Shown in pieces: positions 36,320-46,500 of a stretch of DNA of 64,000 bases. Positions within the stretch are counted from its first letter, which is position 1. Each line of letters opens with the position of its first letter. The notes beneath the pieces were generated by a model. That model worked only from the letters and a program-made list of their open reading frames with translations, made no database searches and was not told the origin of the DNA. Origin of the DNA: Deltaproteobacteria bacterium (GTDB lineage: Bacteria > Desulfobacterota > Dissulfuribacteria > Dissulfuribacterales > QOAL01); assembly GCA_015493475.1 (NCBI GenBank), contig WGDC01000083.1, positions 13,856-77,855 on the forward strand. The letters are read 5' to 3'. The position numbers and the translations under genes are program-made.

Positions 36320-37675
36320 ATGGCTATACCACGCCAGAAGCCAAGGGAGCTTTCTGCAGAGGAGAGGAAAACCAATTTCAACGAGATCATATCGGGTTTT
36401 GACGAGAAAACAGCCAAGCTTGAGGCAGAGCGATGCTTGCAGTGTAAGAAGCCAGGCTGCATTCAGGGTTGCCCTCTTCACAATGATATTCCGGCCTTTA
36501 TAAAACTGTTGAGGGAAGACAAGGTGGAAGAAGCGTACTGGATCATAAGACGCACGAGCTCGCTCCCTGCGGTGTGTTCCCGGGTCTGTCCCCAGGAATT
36601 TCAGTGCGAGGGCGGTTGTATCAGGGGGAAGAAGGGCGAACCGGTTGCAATTGGGCTTCTCGAGCGGTTCGTGGTGGACTGGATGGTGGGTCATTCCAAA
36701 AACCTCATGGAACCATGCGCCCTTCCAACAGGGCAGAAGGTTGCTATAGTCGGTTCCGGGCCTGCGGGCATGACCGTAGCCTACAACCTGGCCCATAGGG
36801 GCATAAAGTGCACCATCTATGACAACCTGCCGGTTCTTGGTGGAATGCTATCCGTGGGGATTCCACCCTTCCGTCTTCCGAGAGACATCATAAAGGCCGA
36901 GTTTGACGCCCTTAAGAGCTGTGGTGTCGAAATTATTGACGGGATAGCCATAGGCAAGGACAAGACACTCGAGGAGCTCAAGGACGAAGACTACGGCGCT
37001 GTATTTCTCGGGGTAGGTGCTCATGAGAGTAGGAAACTCGGCATCCCCGGGGAAGAACTCGTGGGGGTACTTCATGGAGTCGATTACCTAAGAGACGTAA
37101 ATCTCGGAAAGGAGGTAGATCTCGGTAGGCGGGTGGTGGTGGTAGGTGGAGGAAATGTCGCCATCGACGTCGCCAGGACCGCACTGAGGCTTGGCTCCAC
37201 GGACGTTTTCATTCTTTATCGCAGGACGAGAAAGGAGATGCCCGCATCCGGGTCCGAGATTCATCACATGGAGGAAGAAGGGGTAAGGCTGGAGTTCCTC
37301 GCCGCTCCTGTAGCAGTTCATGGTGAAAATGGGAGGCTTAAAAAGATTGAATGCATAAGGATGGAACTCGGAGAGCCTGACGAGTCTGGAAGGCGTAGGC
37401 CCATGCCTGTTGAAGGTTCGAACTTCTTCATAGATGCAGACGCAGTGGTGGCAGCCATAAGCCAGAGGGTGGACCCGACCGTGGTCCATGGGATAGACAT
37501 AAAGCGTACCCCCTGGGGGACTTTTGAGGTAAACCCGGAGACCCTCCAGACGTCTGTCCCGTGGATATTCGCCGGGGGAGACGACGTACTCGGACCACAG
37601 ACCGTTGCCAAGGCTGCGTATCAGGGCCGCATCGCCTCCGAGTCCATCTCAAGGTTCCTGAACGGCGAACTTTGA
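36320..37675 (+). CDS. gltD: Glutamate synthase small-subunit-like NAD(P)H oxidoreductase (GltD/SudA family)
   Basis: The N-terminal Fe-S motif is 'CLQCKKPGCIQGCPLHNDIPAF...CSRVCP...CEGGC', followed by 'VAIVGSGPAGMT' and 'VVVGGGNVAID'. The ATG at 36320 follows AAAGGAGAG. Confidence 0.8.
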   Translation: MAIPRQKPRELSAEERKTNFNEIISGFDEKTAKLEAERCLQCKKPGCIQGCPLHNDIPAFIKLLREDKVEEAYWIIRRTSSLPAVCSRVCPQEFQCEGGCIRGKKGEPVAIGLLERFVVDWMVGHSKNLMEPCALPTGQKVAIVGSGPAGMTVAYNLAHRGIKCTIYDNLPVLGGMLSVGIPPFRLPRDIIKAEFDALKSCGVEIIDGIAIGKDKTLEELKDEDYGAVFLGVGAHESRKLGIPGEELVGVLHGVDYLRDVNLGKEVDLGRRVVVVGGGNVAIDVARTALRLGSTDVFILYRRTRKEMPASGSEIHHMEEEGVRLEFLAAPVAVHGENGRLKKIECIRMELGEPDESGRRRPMPVEGSNFFIDADAVVAAISQRVDPTVVHGIDIKRTPWGTFEVNPETLQTSVPWIFAGGDDVLGPQTVAKAAYQGRIASESISRFLNGEL

Positions 37676-37735
37676 TACCTGCCTTTTTCACGGGCAGCCC
37701 GGAACGGAGGCTGCCCGAGCCGGAGGCCTTTATTG

Positions 37736-38695
37736 ATGCATGAATCCACGGGTTCTATCCTGCCTCGGAAAAATCGTCCGGCAGGCAGCGGACCCGTAAT
37801 CCTTTTTGACTGTCTTGACCAGGAAAAGGGACGCCTCTATTCCCTTGTTTTGACCTCGAGGCACATTCCTCATGCCTTGCGGCCCTGTACTGACAATACC
37901 GTTAGCCTACTCGTTCAGCCAGAAAATGGACGCGAAGCACTCAGAGAAATAGCGCTTTACAACCAGGAAAACCGGGATTTTTTTCCAGCCAGGAAACCTG
38001 CCCTCCGGCATTTCAGGCATCTCAGGGCCTCCGTAACAAGTATTGTGCTTGTAGCGAGTGTTATGTCCGCCATGTTCCGGTACGATGTGAGAGAGATTTT
38101 ACTCAGCGCCGGCGCAGCCGATTCATCGAAGATCATTCATGGCGAGGTATGGCGCACCGTAACCTCTCTCTTTCTCCATGCAGATCCGGCTCACTTTTTG
38201 AGCAACATTGTAATGGGCGGGGTATTTTTCGTTATCCTTTTCGAGGAGACCGGTGTGGGGCTCGGCTGGTTCCTCGTGCTTGCAGGCGGTGCTGCGGGCA
38301 ATTACCTAAACGCCCTCATGTATGGATATGGGCATGTTTCAATCGGACTTTCTACAGCCGTATTTTCAAGCATTGGAACCTACTGTGCGATAAGGGCTTT
38401 TGGTTCCGGGTTTCGGGGAGTGAAAGAGGGATTCGAGGTATTCCTTTCCGGCCTTGCCCTCCTCGGCCTACTCGGGACAGGTAGTGGCAGGGTTGACATC
38501 TCGGCCCACATGTATGGTTTTATCTGCGGACTCGCAGCAGGTTGTGTCACTTGGCTTCTGAAACGATTCGCCCCAGTAAGGGCGCCGGGAAAGGGCCTGT
38601 TTTTCGGAGCCCTATCCATTGCCTTGGCAGCAGGTTCCTGGATTCTTGCATTGCTGCATAGTCCCTCCGTAACCGGTCTTGCCGATCTGTTCTGA
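37736..38695 (+). CDS. Rhomboid-family intramembrane serine protease
   Basis: 'WRTVTSLFLHADPAHFLSN', 'GLSTAVFSSIG' (GxSxxxF-like) and 'AHMYGFICGLAAG' (HxxGxxxG). It has an extra ~100-aa N-terminal domain. Confidence 0.7.
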   Translation: MHESTGSILPRKNRPAGSGPVILFDCLDQEKGRLYSLVLTSRHIPHALRPCTDNTVSLLVQPENGREALREIALYNQENRDFFPARKPALRHFRHLRASVTSIVLVASVMSAMFRYDVREILLSAGAADSSKIIHGEVWRTVTSLFLHADPAHFLSNIVMGGVFFVILFEETGVGLGWFLVLAGGAAGNYLNALMYGYGHVSIGLSTAVFSSIGTYCAIRAFGSGFRGVKEGFEVFLSGLALLGLLGTGSGRVDISAHMYGFICGLAAGCVTWLLKRFAPVRAPGKGLFFGALSIALAAGSWILALLHSPSVTGLADLF

Positions 38696-38791
38696 AGGGG
38701 AGGGGATGATGCCGCTGACTACTGTTAAGACAAAGGTTGTTGGGTTAAAACAGAAACGGTTGCTACCGCCGTTGGCAATGGATGGAACGGT

Positions 38792-39583
38792 ATGGAAAAA
38801 TTCAGTGAAATGGAAACAGTTCTTGATATTTTGAAGCAAACGAAAAAAGATAACTGCGGCAAATGCGGTTATCCTACCTGCATGGCTTTTGCGGCAGCGG
38901 TTCACACGGGTGCATGTCCAAAGTCTTCATGTCCCTTTGTGGAGGCGGATGAGGAAGGCCTTCCCGCTGCCATGCACGATCCCGAAACCGCCCTTGCCAT
39001 GGAGCTCAAGGGGAAGGTACGAAATGTTGATCTTGAAAAACGTGCTATGGGCCTTGGAGGCAGGGTCGTTGCGACAGGATCCGGCATGGCCCTGCGCCTC
39101 AGGTATCTCGGCAGGGACGTATTCATCAGTCCCGATAGGGTGTTCGCAGAAGATGGCTCCGAGCTTGAAACGAGGGACCAGATACTCCTTTACAATTACC
39201 TCTTTTTTGGAGGCAAGGGCCGGCTTAGCGGCGAGTGGACTGGACTCGAGTCGTTTCCCAATTCCATTTCCAAGGTAACTACCCTCAGACGTTACACAGA
39301 GGAGAAGATAGCGCGGTGTTTTGCGGGTAAACCTATACAGTTTCTAAAGAGGTGCAAGGAATTTGGAGGCCGGGAGGTTGAAGGGTGCCATGCAGACGCA
39401 TGCGTTACCGTGTTCGTGCTTCCAAAGGTGCCCATCAGGCTCAATTTCTGGGATGAGGACAGGGAAGACGGCTTGCCTCCGGAGGTAAAGGCCCTTTTTG
39501 ACAGGAGAGCCCTTGATTTTCTTGATATAGAGTCCCTCATTTTCGCTGCTGAAAGGCTATCGGAGACCATCACTATGGAATGA
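38792..39583 (+). CDS. Fe-S-binding N-terminal domain plus DUF3786-like protein
   Basis: 'KKDNCGKCGYPTCMAFAAAVHTGACPKSSCPF' resembles the RnfB/CdhD-type 'putative Fe-S cluster' N-domain. The remainder resembles DUF3786 proteins of anaerobes. Confidence 0.55.
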   Translation: MEKFSEMETVLDILKQTKKDNCGKCGYPTCMAFAAAVHTGACPKSSCPFVEADEEGLPAAMHDPETALAMELKGKVRNVDLEKRAMGLGGRVVATGSGMALRLRYLGRDVFISPDRVFAEDGSELETRDQILLYNYLFFGGKGRLSGEWTGLESFPNSISKVTTLRRYTEEKIARCFAGKPIQFLKRCKEFGGREVEGCHADACVTVFVLPKVPIRLNFWDEDREDGLPPEVKALFDRRALDFLDIESLIFAAERLSETITME

Positions 39584-40046
39584 TCCTTTCCAATGCCTGC
39601 TTCATTGCCTTGGGAAACCTGCACATCAGCCTATTCTCTTCAAGTGCAAGGGCCACTCCAAGGAAGTGCCTGTCCATGCTGACTATCACGTAACCGGGAA
39701 CCTGGACCTTTTTTGAAAGTAGGGGCAAGCTGATTTCTCCATTGCGGCATAGTCCCGTAACTGTTTCGAGATTAAGAGGCAGGACGTTTTTCCGGGCATG
39801 GCCGCCGAACCTCTGTACGAACACGGTGGTAGGTTTCAAAAAACCTGCAACATTCCGGGCAAAGGGAAGGCCGCACCTCACGAACGCCCTTTGAGGCCAA
39901 TCGATACGGCGTGCCTGTCTGCGGACGAGGAACGCCTGCCTTGAAAATGCGAACATTTCGAAGCTATCAAAGACCTGCCGGGGAAAACGGAATCTTTCCG
40001 AGAAGAAGTCAAGGAGTAGCTTTCTCTGGCGCTCCCTTAACAATCT
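39573..40046 (-). CDS. RsmF C-terminal-domain-like protein (separate ORF or frameshifted tail of the upstream methyltransferase)
   Basis: The frame overlaps the end of the methyltransferase gene. In-frame TTG codons lie near 40035-40046 and the first ATG lies only at 39959. '...RCGLPFARNVAGFLKPT' resembles the RsmF C-terminal domain. Confidence 0.4.
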   Translation of the reverse strand, partial: RLLRERQRKLLLDFFSERFRFPRQVFDSFEMFAFSRQAFLVRRQARRIDWPQRAFVRCGLPFARNVAGFLKPTTVFVQRFGGHARKNVLPLNLETVTGLCRNGEISLPLLSKKVQVPGYVIVSMDRHFLGVALALEENRLMCRFPKAMKQALERIIP

Positions 40047-40977
40047 TGGCAATGAAGAATCCCACTGAGTCGATCTCGTGGGGATAAAAACGTTTAGCAA
40101 GTCGGATTTGCTCGTCATACTCCTTTCCTCTGAAACTAATAATCCCTGGCTGGCCTTGCAGTGGCAGGTCAATAGGCATCAGGGAGGCCCTCCTCTTTTC
40201 TAAAAGGAACTGAATGACCTCTTCGTTTTCCTCGATATTAAGTGTGCAGGTTGAATATACAAGTATCCCGCCAGGCTTCAGGATGTCAAATGCCCTTTTT
40301 ATCAGGGCCTTCTGGATGGCGGGAAGGTTTGTTTTGCCTATTACCTCGTGTTTAACCGTTCCGCTGTCGGGGTCTATACGGTATTTTCCCTGGCCACTGC
40401 AGGGTGCGTCCACGAGTATCCTGTCAAAGGTGCAGGGAAGACAGAGGTGTTCACCCCTTCCCTGTGTAACTATGGTGTTGGTGATCCCGAGCCTTTTTAC
40501 GTTTGCAAGAAGGGACGTGATTCTTCCCCGTGTCCTGTCATTTGCAACGAGAAATCCTTCGTCACTCATTTTCTGTGCCATGAAGGTGGCCTTTCCTCCG
40601 GGAGCGGCGCAAAGATCTAGAACGGCGCATTCCGGGTTTACCTCAAGGGCTAGCACCGGCAGACAGGAAGAAAGAGCCTGAGGATAGATGTAACCGAGAT
40701 GGTAGCTGAGAAGGGGTCTTGAGTGATCATGGCGGGTTACCTTAACGACCTCAGCCACCTCGGTTTGGAGAAACTCCACCCCCTCTTTTTCAAGTAGTTT
40801 TTTTGCGCTGTCAATGGAAGTTTTCAGGGTGTTTATGCGGAAATATACGGGCAATGGCCTCTTGAGGTGTTCCATGAGGTGATCAGGAAAGGGTATCACG
40901 TTCCTGTACTCTTTAAGTATCTTTAAAAAGGGTGGGGCATTATGGAGGTGTTCCGGCAGGTAAAACCTATCTCCCAT
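40009..40977 (-). CDS. RsmB/RsmF-family rRNA cytosine-C5 methyltransferase (NOL1/NOP2/Sun)
   Basis: 'VLDLCAAPGGKATFMA', 'DRILVDAPCSGQG' and 'LVYSTCTL' are the SAM and catalytic Cys motifs. Start candidates are 40977, 41025 and 41052. Confidence 0.8.
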   Translation of the reverse strand: MGDRFYLPEHLHNAPPFLKILKEYRNVIPFPDHLMEHLKRPLPVYFRINTLKTSIDSAKKLLEKEGVEFLQTEVAEVVKVTRHDHSRPLLSYHLGYIYPQALSSCLPVLALEVNPECAVLDLCAAPGGKATFMAQKMSDEGFLVANDRTRGRITSLLANVKRLGITNTIVTQGRGEHLCLPCTFDRILVDAPCSGQGKYRIDPDSGTVKHEVIGKTNLPAIQKALIKRAFDILKPGGILVYSTCTLNIEENEEVIQFLLEKRRASLMPIDLPLQGQPGIISFRGKEYDEQIRLAKRFYPHEIDSVGFFIAKIVKGAPEKATP

Positions 40978-41614
40978 CGGCCTTTTTCTTTTTATGCCGC
41001 CTCTTCCCGATTTTTTTTGGGGCATGGCAGGGGCTGTTGAGGATACCGTCAAGGAAAAAGTGACTGATTTGCCTCGCAGCGGTTTTCACGCAGTATTTTT
41101 TTTTGGAGGAAAGGACCCAGAACCGGGACATCTCGTCGAGGGCTCCAAAAAAGGCCCTCTTGAATATACCAGGCATGACTTCCTTCCGGAACAGTTCCTT
41201 TTCCTGGCCCTCCCTTACAATGTTGGAGATTATCTGTAGATATTCGGCGAACTTCCTGTTCCTGTATTCCTTCATGAACTTGCTGCTTTGGCGTAGCTCT
41301 ACCTGTATTATCTCTGCAAGGTCCCTGTCCTTTTCAACAAGGCTGAGGTGTTGAAAGGCGAATATCTCGAGTTTTTCGCACGGATCCTCGGTGGAAGCGA
41401 GTTTTTGCTTTACGCTTGCGATAATCTTGCCCATCTCTTCCTCGAATATGGTTATGAGGATGTCGTACTTGTTGTTGAAATAGAGGTAGATGGTTCCGTC
41501 TGCAACGTTGGCCTCTTTTGCTATCTCAGAGATTCTTGAGTTGAAGAACCCGTTTCTGGCAAATACCTTTATGGCGGCCTGGATTATTCTGCCGTGTTTA
41601 TCTGCTACCTTCAT
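40967..41614 (-). CDS. TetR/AcrR-family transcriptional regulator
   Basis: N-terminal HTH 'IIQAAIKVFARNGFFNSRISEIAKEANVADGTIYLYF'. Confidence 0.85.
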   Translation of the reverse strand: MKVADKHGRIIQAAIKVFARNGFFNSRISEIAKEANVADGTIYLYFNNKYDILITIFEEEMGKIIASVKQKLASTEDPCEKLEIFAFQHLSLVEKDRDLAEIIQVELRQSSKFMKEYRNRKFAEYLQIISNIVREGQEKELFRKEVMPGIFKRAFFGALDEMSRFWVLSSKKKYCVKTAARQISHFFLDGILNSPCHAPKKIGKRRHKKKKADGR

Positions 41615-41712
41615 AAGGTGTTTTCTCTCTTTGCTGCAATGTTGGTAGAAAGCGGAGGTACTCGGGCCACGAGGAATCCAAGTTCACAATATACAGCCAA
41701 GCCTGCAAAAAA

Positions 41713-41730
41713 TGAATGCATGTTCATTCA
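41713..41730. promoter_or_regulatory. Candidate TetR operator palindrome
   Basis: TGAATG-catgtt-CATTCA (6-6-6 inverted repeat) lies ~100 nt upstream of the TetR start, in the TetR/MCP divergent region. Confidence 0.3.
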
Positions 41731-41950
41731 GATATTATATTTAACTGTATGTTGTCAAGGGAAAACAATCACACGCTTTCACATTTTTCCTGAATTTGGT
41801 CTTTTGGCAGGTATCATGGACAGCCCCGTTTTTTTTACGTGGAAACCGCCTTTAATTTTCCGCGCATTTTTCTGGTAGCTCTTTAACCTTTTCATGATCG
41901 AGTCGATAAGGATAATGATCGAGCCAGTTTAAAAAAGCAGGAGGAAAGAA

Positions 41951-43495
41951 ATGAAATTCTCTTTCAGCAGTATTCAGGGAAAGATAGTCTCGGTGATGAT
42001 CTCCCTTTTGATGATCAACGTCATTACTGTAGGGGCCACGTTCTATAAGCTGTCCAAGCAAGAAAAGGACGGGCTTTACATCGACATTGCCGGGCGTCAG
42101 CGCATGTTCACCCAGAAGATGACCAAGGAGGCATACCTTTACGCCCTCACCAAGGACAAAAAATGGCGGGAGGCCCTTTCAAATACAGAGGAGATATTCC
42201 AAAAGAGCCTCAATGTCCTTAGAAACGGTGACAGCTCCATGGGGCTTCCGCCTACCACCAACGAAAAGGTCCTTTCCGAGCTCGACAAGCTCGAGTCGGC
42301 GTGGAAGGATTTCATGAGCCAGGTGGACCAGGTGGAAAACTCGGCCCTTGGCTCAACGAGTAGCAATAACGCCCTTGACTACCTTTCAAAGTATAACATT
42401 CCCCTTTTGAAACAGGCCAACGTGGTGACCCAGGCCTATAAGCAGATGGCAATAAATTCTGTGAACCAGCTCAAGGAGGTTGAGCTTATGCTGCTTGCAG
42501 CAGGTGTCTGTATCTTTTTCTTCTCCGTCTGGTTCATGCATGTGGAGGTCCTGAGACCCCTCAGCAAGCTCTTTCCAATGATAGAGAGTATCGCCGGCGG
42601 GGATCTCAAGGCCCGGGTGCACATCAGGGTTAAGGGCGAGCTGCGCGAGCTTGGCGAGGCGCTTAACAGGATGGCGGAGAGACTCAACAGGATGGTCAAG
42701 AATATCCAGCATGATTCCACGGAGATCAAGGGGGCGTCTGAAAAGCTCGACGATATAGGCCAGACCGTCTTTGACAGGGCAACCTCAATGGACGAGATAG
42801 TGACGGAGGTGGTTCAAGCGGCGGAGTCCGTGGATGACAGGATAATGTCTGTGACCAGGGCGTCCCAAGAGCTTACCGAGGCCACCACGGAGATTGCCCA
42901 GAGTGTGGCACATACGGCCTCCATTACTAACGACGCTCAGGAAAAGGCCCACAAGGCCAACGAGGTCATCCAGAGGCTCGGAGAGAGTTCCGACAAGATA
43001 GGCAGCATTATTCAGGTCATTAATACCATCGCGGAGCAGACCAACCTCCTTGCCCTGAACGCAACCATTGAGGCCGCAAGGGCCGGGGAGGCCGGTAAGG
43101 GATTCGCCGTTGTTGCAAACGAGATCAAGGAGCTTGCGAGGCAGACCAGCGAGGCAACCGACGAGATAACAAGTATGATTCAAGCTATTCAGGAAGAGAC
43201 CGGCGTGGCTGTAACCTCGGTTGAAGAGATTACAAACATAGTGGGCCAGATCAATGACCTGGCAAACACTATTGCGTCCGCAGCGGAGGAACAGACCGCC
43301 ACGGTTTCGGAAATAAGTGTAAACATGGAAGAGGCGGAGGTAGAGGTGAGAGGTGTAAAGGAAAAGAGTACAGGAACCGCAGACCTTGCAGGTTCTGTCA
43401 AGTCTGTTGCCGAGGAAACGGCAAGATATTCAAAGAAACTAAGCGGCCTTGCCACAGGTCTTGAAGAGATGATGAAAAGTTTCAAGACCACCTGA
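41951..43495 (+). CDS. Methyl-accepting chemotaxis protein with PilJ/NarX-type periplasmic sensor
   Basis: '[15 protein letters not shown]' (P-box-like), a second TM, a HAMP domain ('[17 protein letters not shown]') and the signalling hairpin '[28 protein letters not shown]'. Confidence 0.85.
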   Translation: MKFSFSSIQGKIVSVMISLLMINVITVGATFYKLSKQEKDGLYIDIAGRQRMFTQKMTKEAYLYALTKDKKWREALSNTEEIFQKSLNVLRNGDSSMGLPPTTNEKVLSELDKLESAWKDFMSQVDQVENSALGSTSSNNALDYLSKYNIPLLKQANVVTQAYKQMAINSVNQLKEVELMLLAAGVCIFFFSVWFMHVEVLRPLSKLFPMIESIAGGDLKARVHIRVKGELRELGEALNRMAERLNRMVKNIQHDSTEIKGASEKLDDIGQTVFDRATSMDEIVTEVVQAAESVDDRIMSVTRASQELTEATTEIAQSVAHTASITNDAQEKAHKANEVIQRLGESSDKIGSIIQVINTIAEQTNLLALNATIEAARAGEAGKGFAVVANEIKELARQTSEATDEITSMIQAIQEETGVAVTSVEEITNIVGQINDLANTIASAAEEQTATVSEISVNMEEAEVEVRGVKEKSTGTADLAGSVKSVAEETARYSKKLSGLATGLEEMMKSFKTT

Positions 43496-43522
43496 CGTAA
43501 CAGGTAAATGACCGTGGGAAAG

Positions 43523-43551
43523 AAAAAAGGGGAGCGAAACGCTCCCCTTTT
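43523..43551. terminator. Bidirectional intrinsic terminator between the MCP gene and gltB
   Basis: AAAAAAGGGGAGCGaaaCGCTCCCCTTTT is a perfect 8-bp GC-rich stem with A/T tracts on both sides. Confidence 0.85.
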
Positions 43552-43577
43552 AGTTGATCTCAGAACCGGTAGAAGGG

Positions 43578-46500
43578 CTACCCGGCCGATTTTGGCCTGA
43601 AGCCCTTTGGAACAACCATTATGAATCGCTCCCCCGCGTTTTTCATGATCTCTTCCACTGCTTCCGCCTCTTCCATCTGGAACGTGGAGCGCAGTTCTTC
43701 TATGTAAAGGCCAAGGAGCTCTTCTATGTCCCTTATGCCCTCCTTTGTAAGTTTTTCTATCTTGACTATGGCCCCCCTTGCAAGGCGCCTCTTAATCGAG
43801 GATACATCGAAGTTGAATTCCGGGTAGAGGCACTGGTATATTATGCCGCCTGTCATCCCCGCGCACATCCATGGTCCCGGGTCACCGAGGACCACGGCCC
43901 TTCCGCCTGTCATGTATTCGAAGGCGAAGCCCTTTAGGAACGCCTTGTGGGCGATGTTGCCCCTTGAATCGTCAACCGGCTCCGTTATGCGCCTTCCAAA
44001 CACGACGTCCGCCCCTGAAAAACGTATGCATGCCCTGGAGTCGGCCATGTTTTGTATCAGGAAGGTTCCCTTTATTGCGCCGTAGGCAAAACTCTTGCCT
44101 GTGGAGCCGTCCACCCTGTTACCGAGGTAGTTCACACCCTTGAACACGCCGACTACGCCCCCGTAACTCCCCTTTACCGTGCCGTCCTGCGCGCCTCCCA
44201 TTATGCTGGCGTCAACGGCCTTGATGTTGAAGGCGCAAAGGCCGTTTCCAGGAGCGGATGATACGAGCCTTAACCTCGCCTTCTTGTCCGTGGTTATGCC
44301 GTATCTCCTCACTATCTCGCCGGACAGGTAGGTAGCCATGGCTCTGTCTGTACTTTTTATTCCCTGTTCCTTGAATCTGACTACCTTTTTCCCGTCTTCG
44401 AATTCACCTATTATGAGATCGCTTATTAGCTTGGTCAGATAGTTAAGGGGCAGCCTGATGCTCTTTTCCTGGCCGACATCCTGGGGGATTGTAGACACAT
44501 CCGGCCTATCCAGGACCCCTGTCGTATCGAGCCTGTCAAAGAACCTGTACTGCTCAAGGAGATCCGTTCTGCCAACCATGGCCTGGAGATTAGTTTCCCC
44601 GATATCGGCAAGTACCTGGCGTACCTCGTCCCCAAGGGCGCGCAGGAGCCTTGCAAGGTTTTCCGCCTCTATATCCACCTTTCTAGGTGAAAATCCCTTT
44701 ACGCCCCTTTCCTCTGCTTGTTCCTTGGTCTGAAGCTGTGTTGAGATGCCCCTTGGGCAGCGGTCAAGGTGGCACCTGTGACAGCTTATGCACCCAACTC
44801 CCATGAGGGCCACAGTGCCCATTCCGACACGGTTTGCGCCAAGTAGTATCATTTTCACCACGTCGGTCCCGCTTCTGAGTCCTCCATCGGCCCAGACCTC
44901 AACCTTGTCCCTGAGGTTGGATTCACATAGTGCCCTGTGAGCCTCTGAAACTCCCACCTCTATGGGCAGCCCAACGTAGCGTTTGGCGTGTTCCCTGGCG
45001 GCTCCCGTGCCCCCTTCAAAACCGCTCAGATTGACTATATCCGCCCCGGCCTTGGCTATGCCGACCGCTATGGTTCCCACGCCGCTTGTTACAGGTATTT
45101 TCACCGAGACCTTGGCATCAGGGTTTGCGGTCTTAAGCTCCGTGACTATCTGGGCAAGGTCTTCGATGGAGTAAATGTCGTGCTGGTTAGATGGAGATAT
45201 AAGGGGGATACCCGGTTTGCAGTGGCGGGCCTTGGCCACCTGTTCCGAGACCTTCTGCCCCGGCAGGTGACCTCCTTCCCCGGGCTTTGCCCCCTGGCCT
45301 ATCTTGATCTCGAGGTAGTCTGCTGAATTTAGAAGTTCCATATACACACCGAAGCGGCCTGATGCTATCTGTTGCCCCCGGTTTTTCCTGTATTTGCCCA
45401 GCATATCAGGGATCTCTCCGCCTTCCCCGTTCATGCAGATTATGTTTACCTTCTTTGCCGCCTCCGCGTAACTCCTGAAGGAGTTTTCGCCCTGGGAGCC
45501 GAAGCTCATGGCCGCAATTACAATGGGCATGTCATGGTGGCCTATGGATATGTCCACCTGGTCCATTGTGATACGCTTGTTTTCTTCAGCCAGTACGGGT
45601 CTGAGAAGGTGCCTTATGCCAACTGGCATATCTTCGTCTACCTTTGCAATACCCCTTGAAAGTTCAATGTAACCCTTTTTGCCCTCGGCGGTCTTCCTGA
45701 TGATGCGGCCTACCTTGGCGTTCCTGTTGGGATCACCGTAAAGAGGCTGTTCCTCCTCCTGCATCGCCCTCTTGATGCGTTTCTTTGCCAGTGTTTCCAT
45801 GAGGGAATAACCAAGGCCCACATCCTCAGACTTGCAGAAACATGGGACCTTAAAGATTTCCTCAAATTCCCTCGTTATTCCGATTCCGGCGAATATCCTT
45901 CCGTATCCGCAAAGCTCATGGATGCCCATTGTTGACATGACCTTTTCCATGCCCTTCTGGAATACGTCCATGGTGTTCGAGATGGCCTGTGCCGCGTCCA
46001 CTTTTTCGGTGGAAAAAGAGGTCACGGTTTGCCACAGCTTATACGGGTTAAGCGCATCTGTGCCCATTCCGAGCAGGAACATGATGTCGTGGAGGTTCCT
46101 GATGGCGCCTGAGCGAACAATGATGCTGCACCGCCTTCTGAGGTGTTTTTCTTCGAGTTTTTGGTTTAGACAGGCCACGCAAAGGGCCGGATCCATGAAC
46201 GACTCTCCTCCTGCAAAGGCGCCGCTGTCGTCAAGGAGCAGGATTACCGCCCCGTTTCCAACTGCATCAACGGCCTCAGAGCACATGGTTTCAAGACTAT
46301 TCCTGAGACCCTCTTCCGGGCTGAAAAGGCAGTTCAAAACCTTTACCCTTGAAGCATCAATGCCGTTGGCCGAAAAGTGGGAAAGTATATCTTCAAGGAC
46401 CACCGAGCCGTGTTTCCTGGCGAGATGGTCTACCGTGACCCTTCCCAATTCCTTTTCAAGACCCTGGTAATCAAGAAGAAGTGGGCATAGTATCTCAAGG

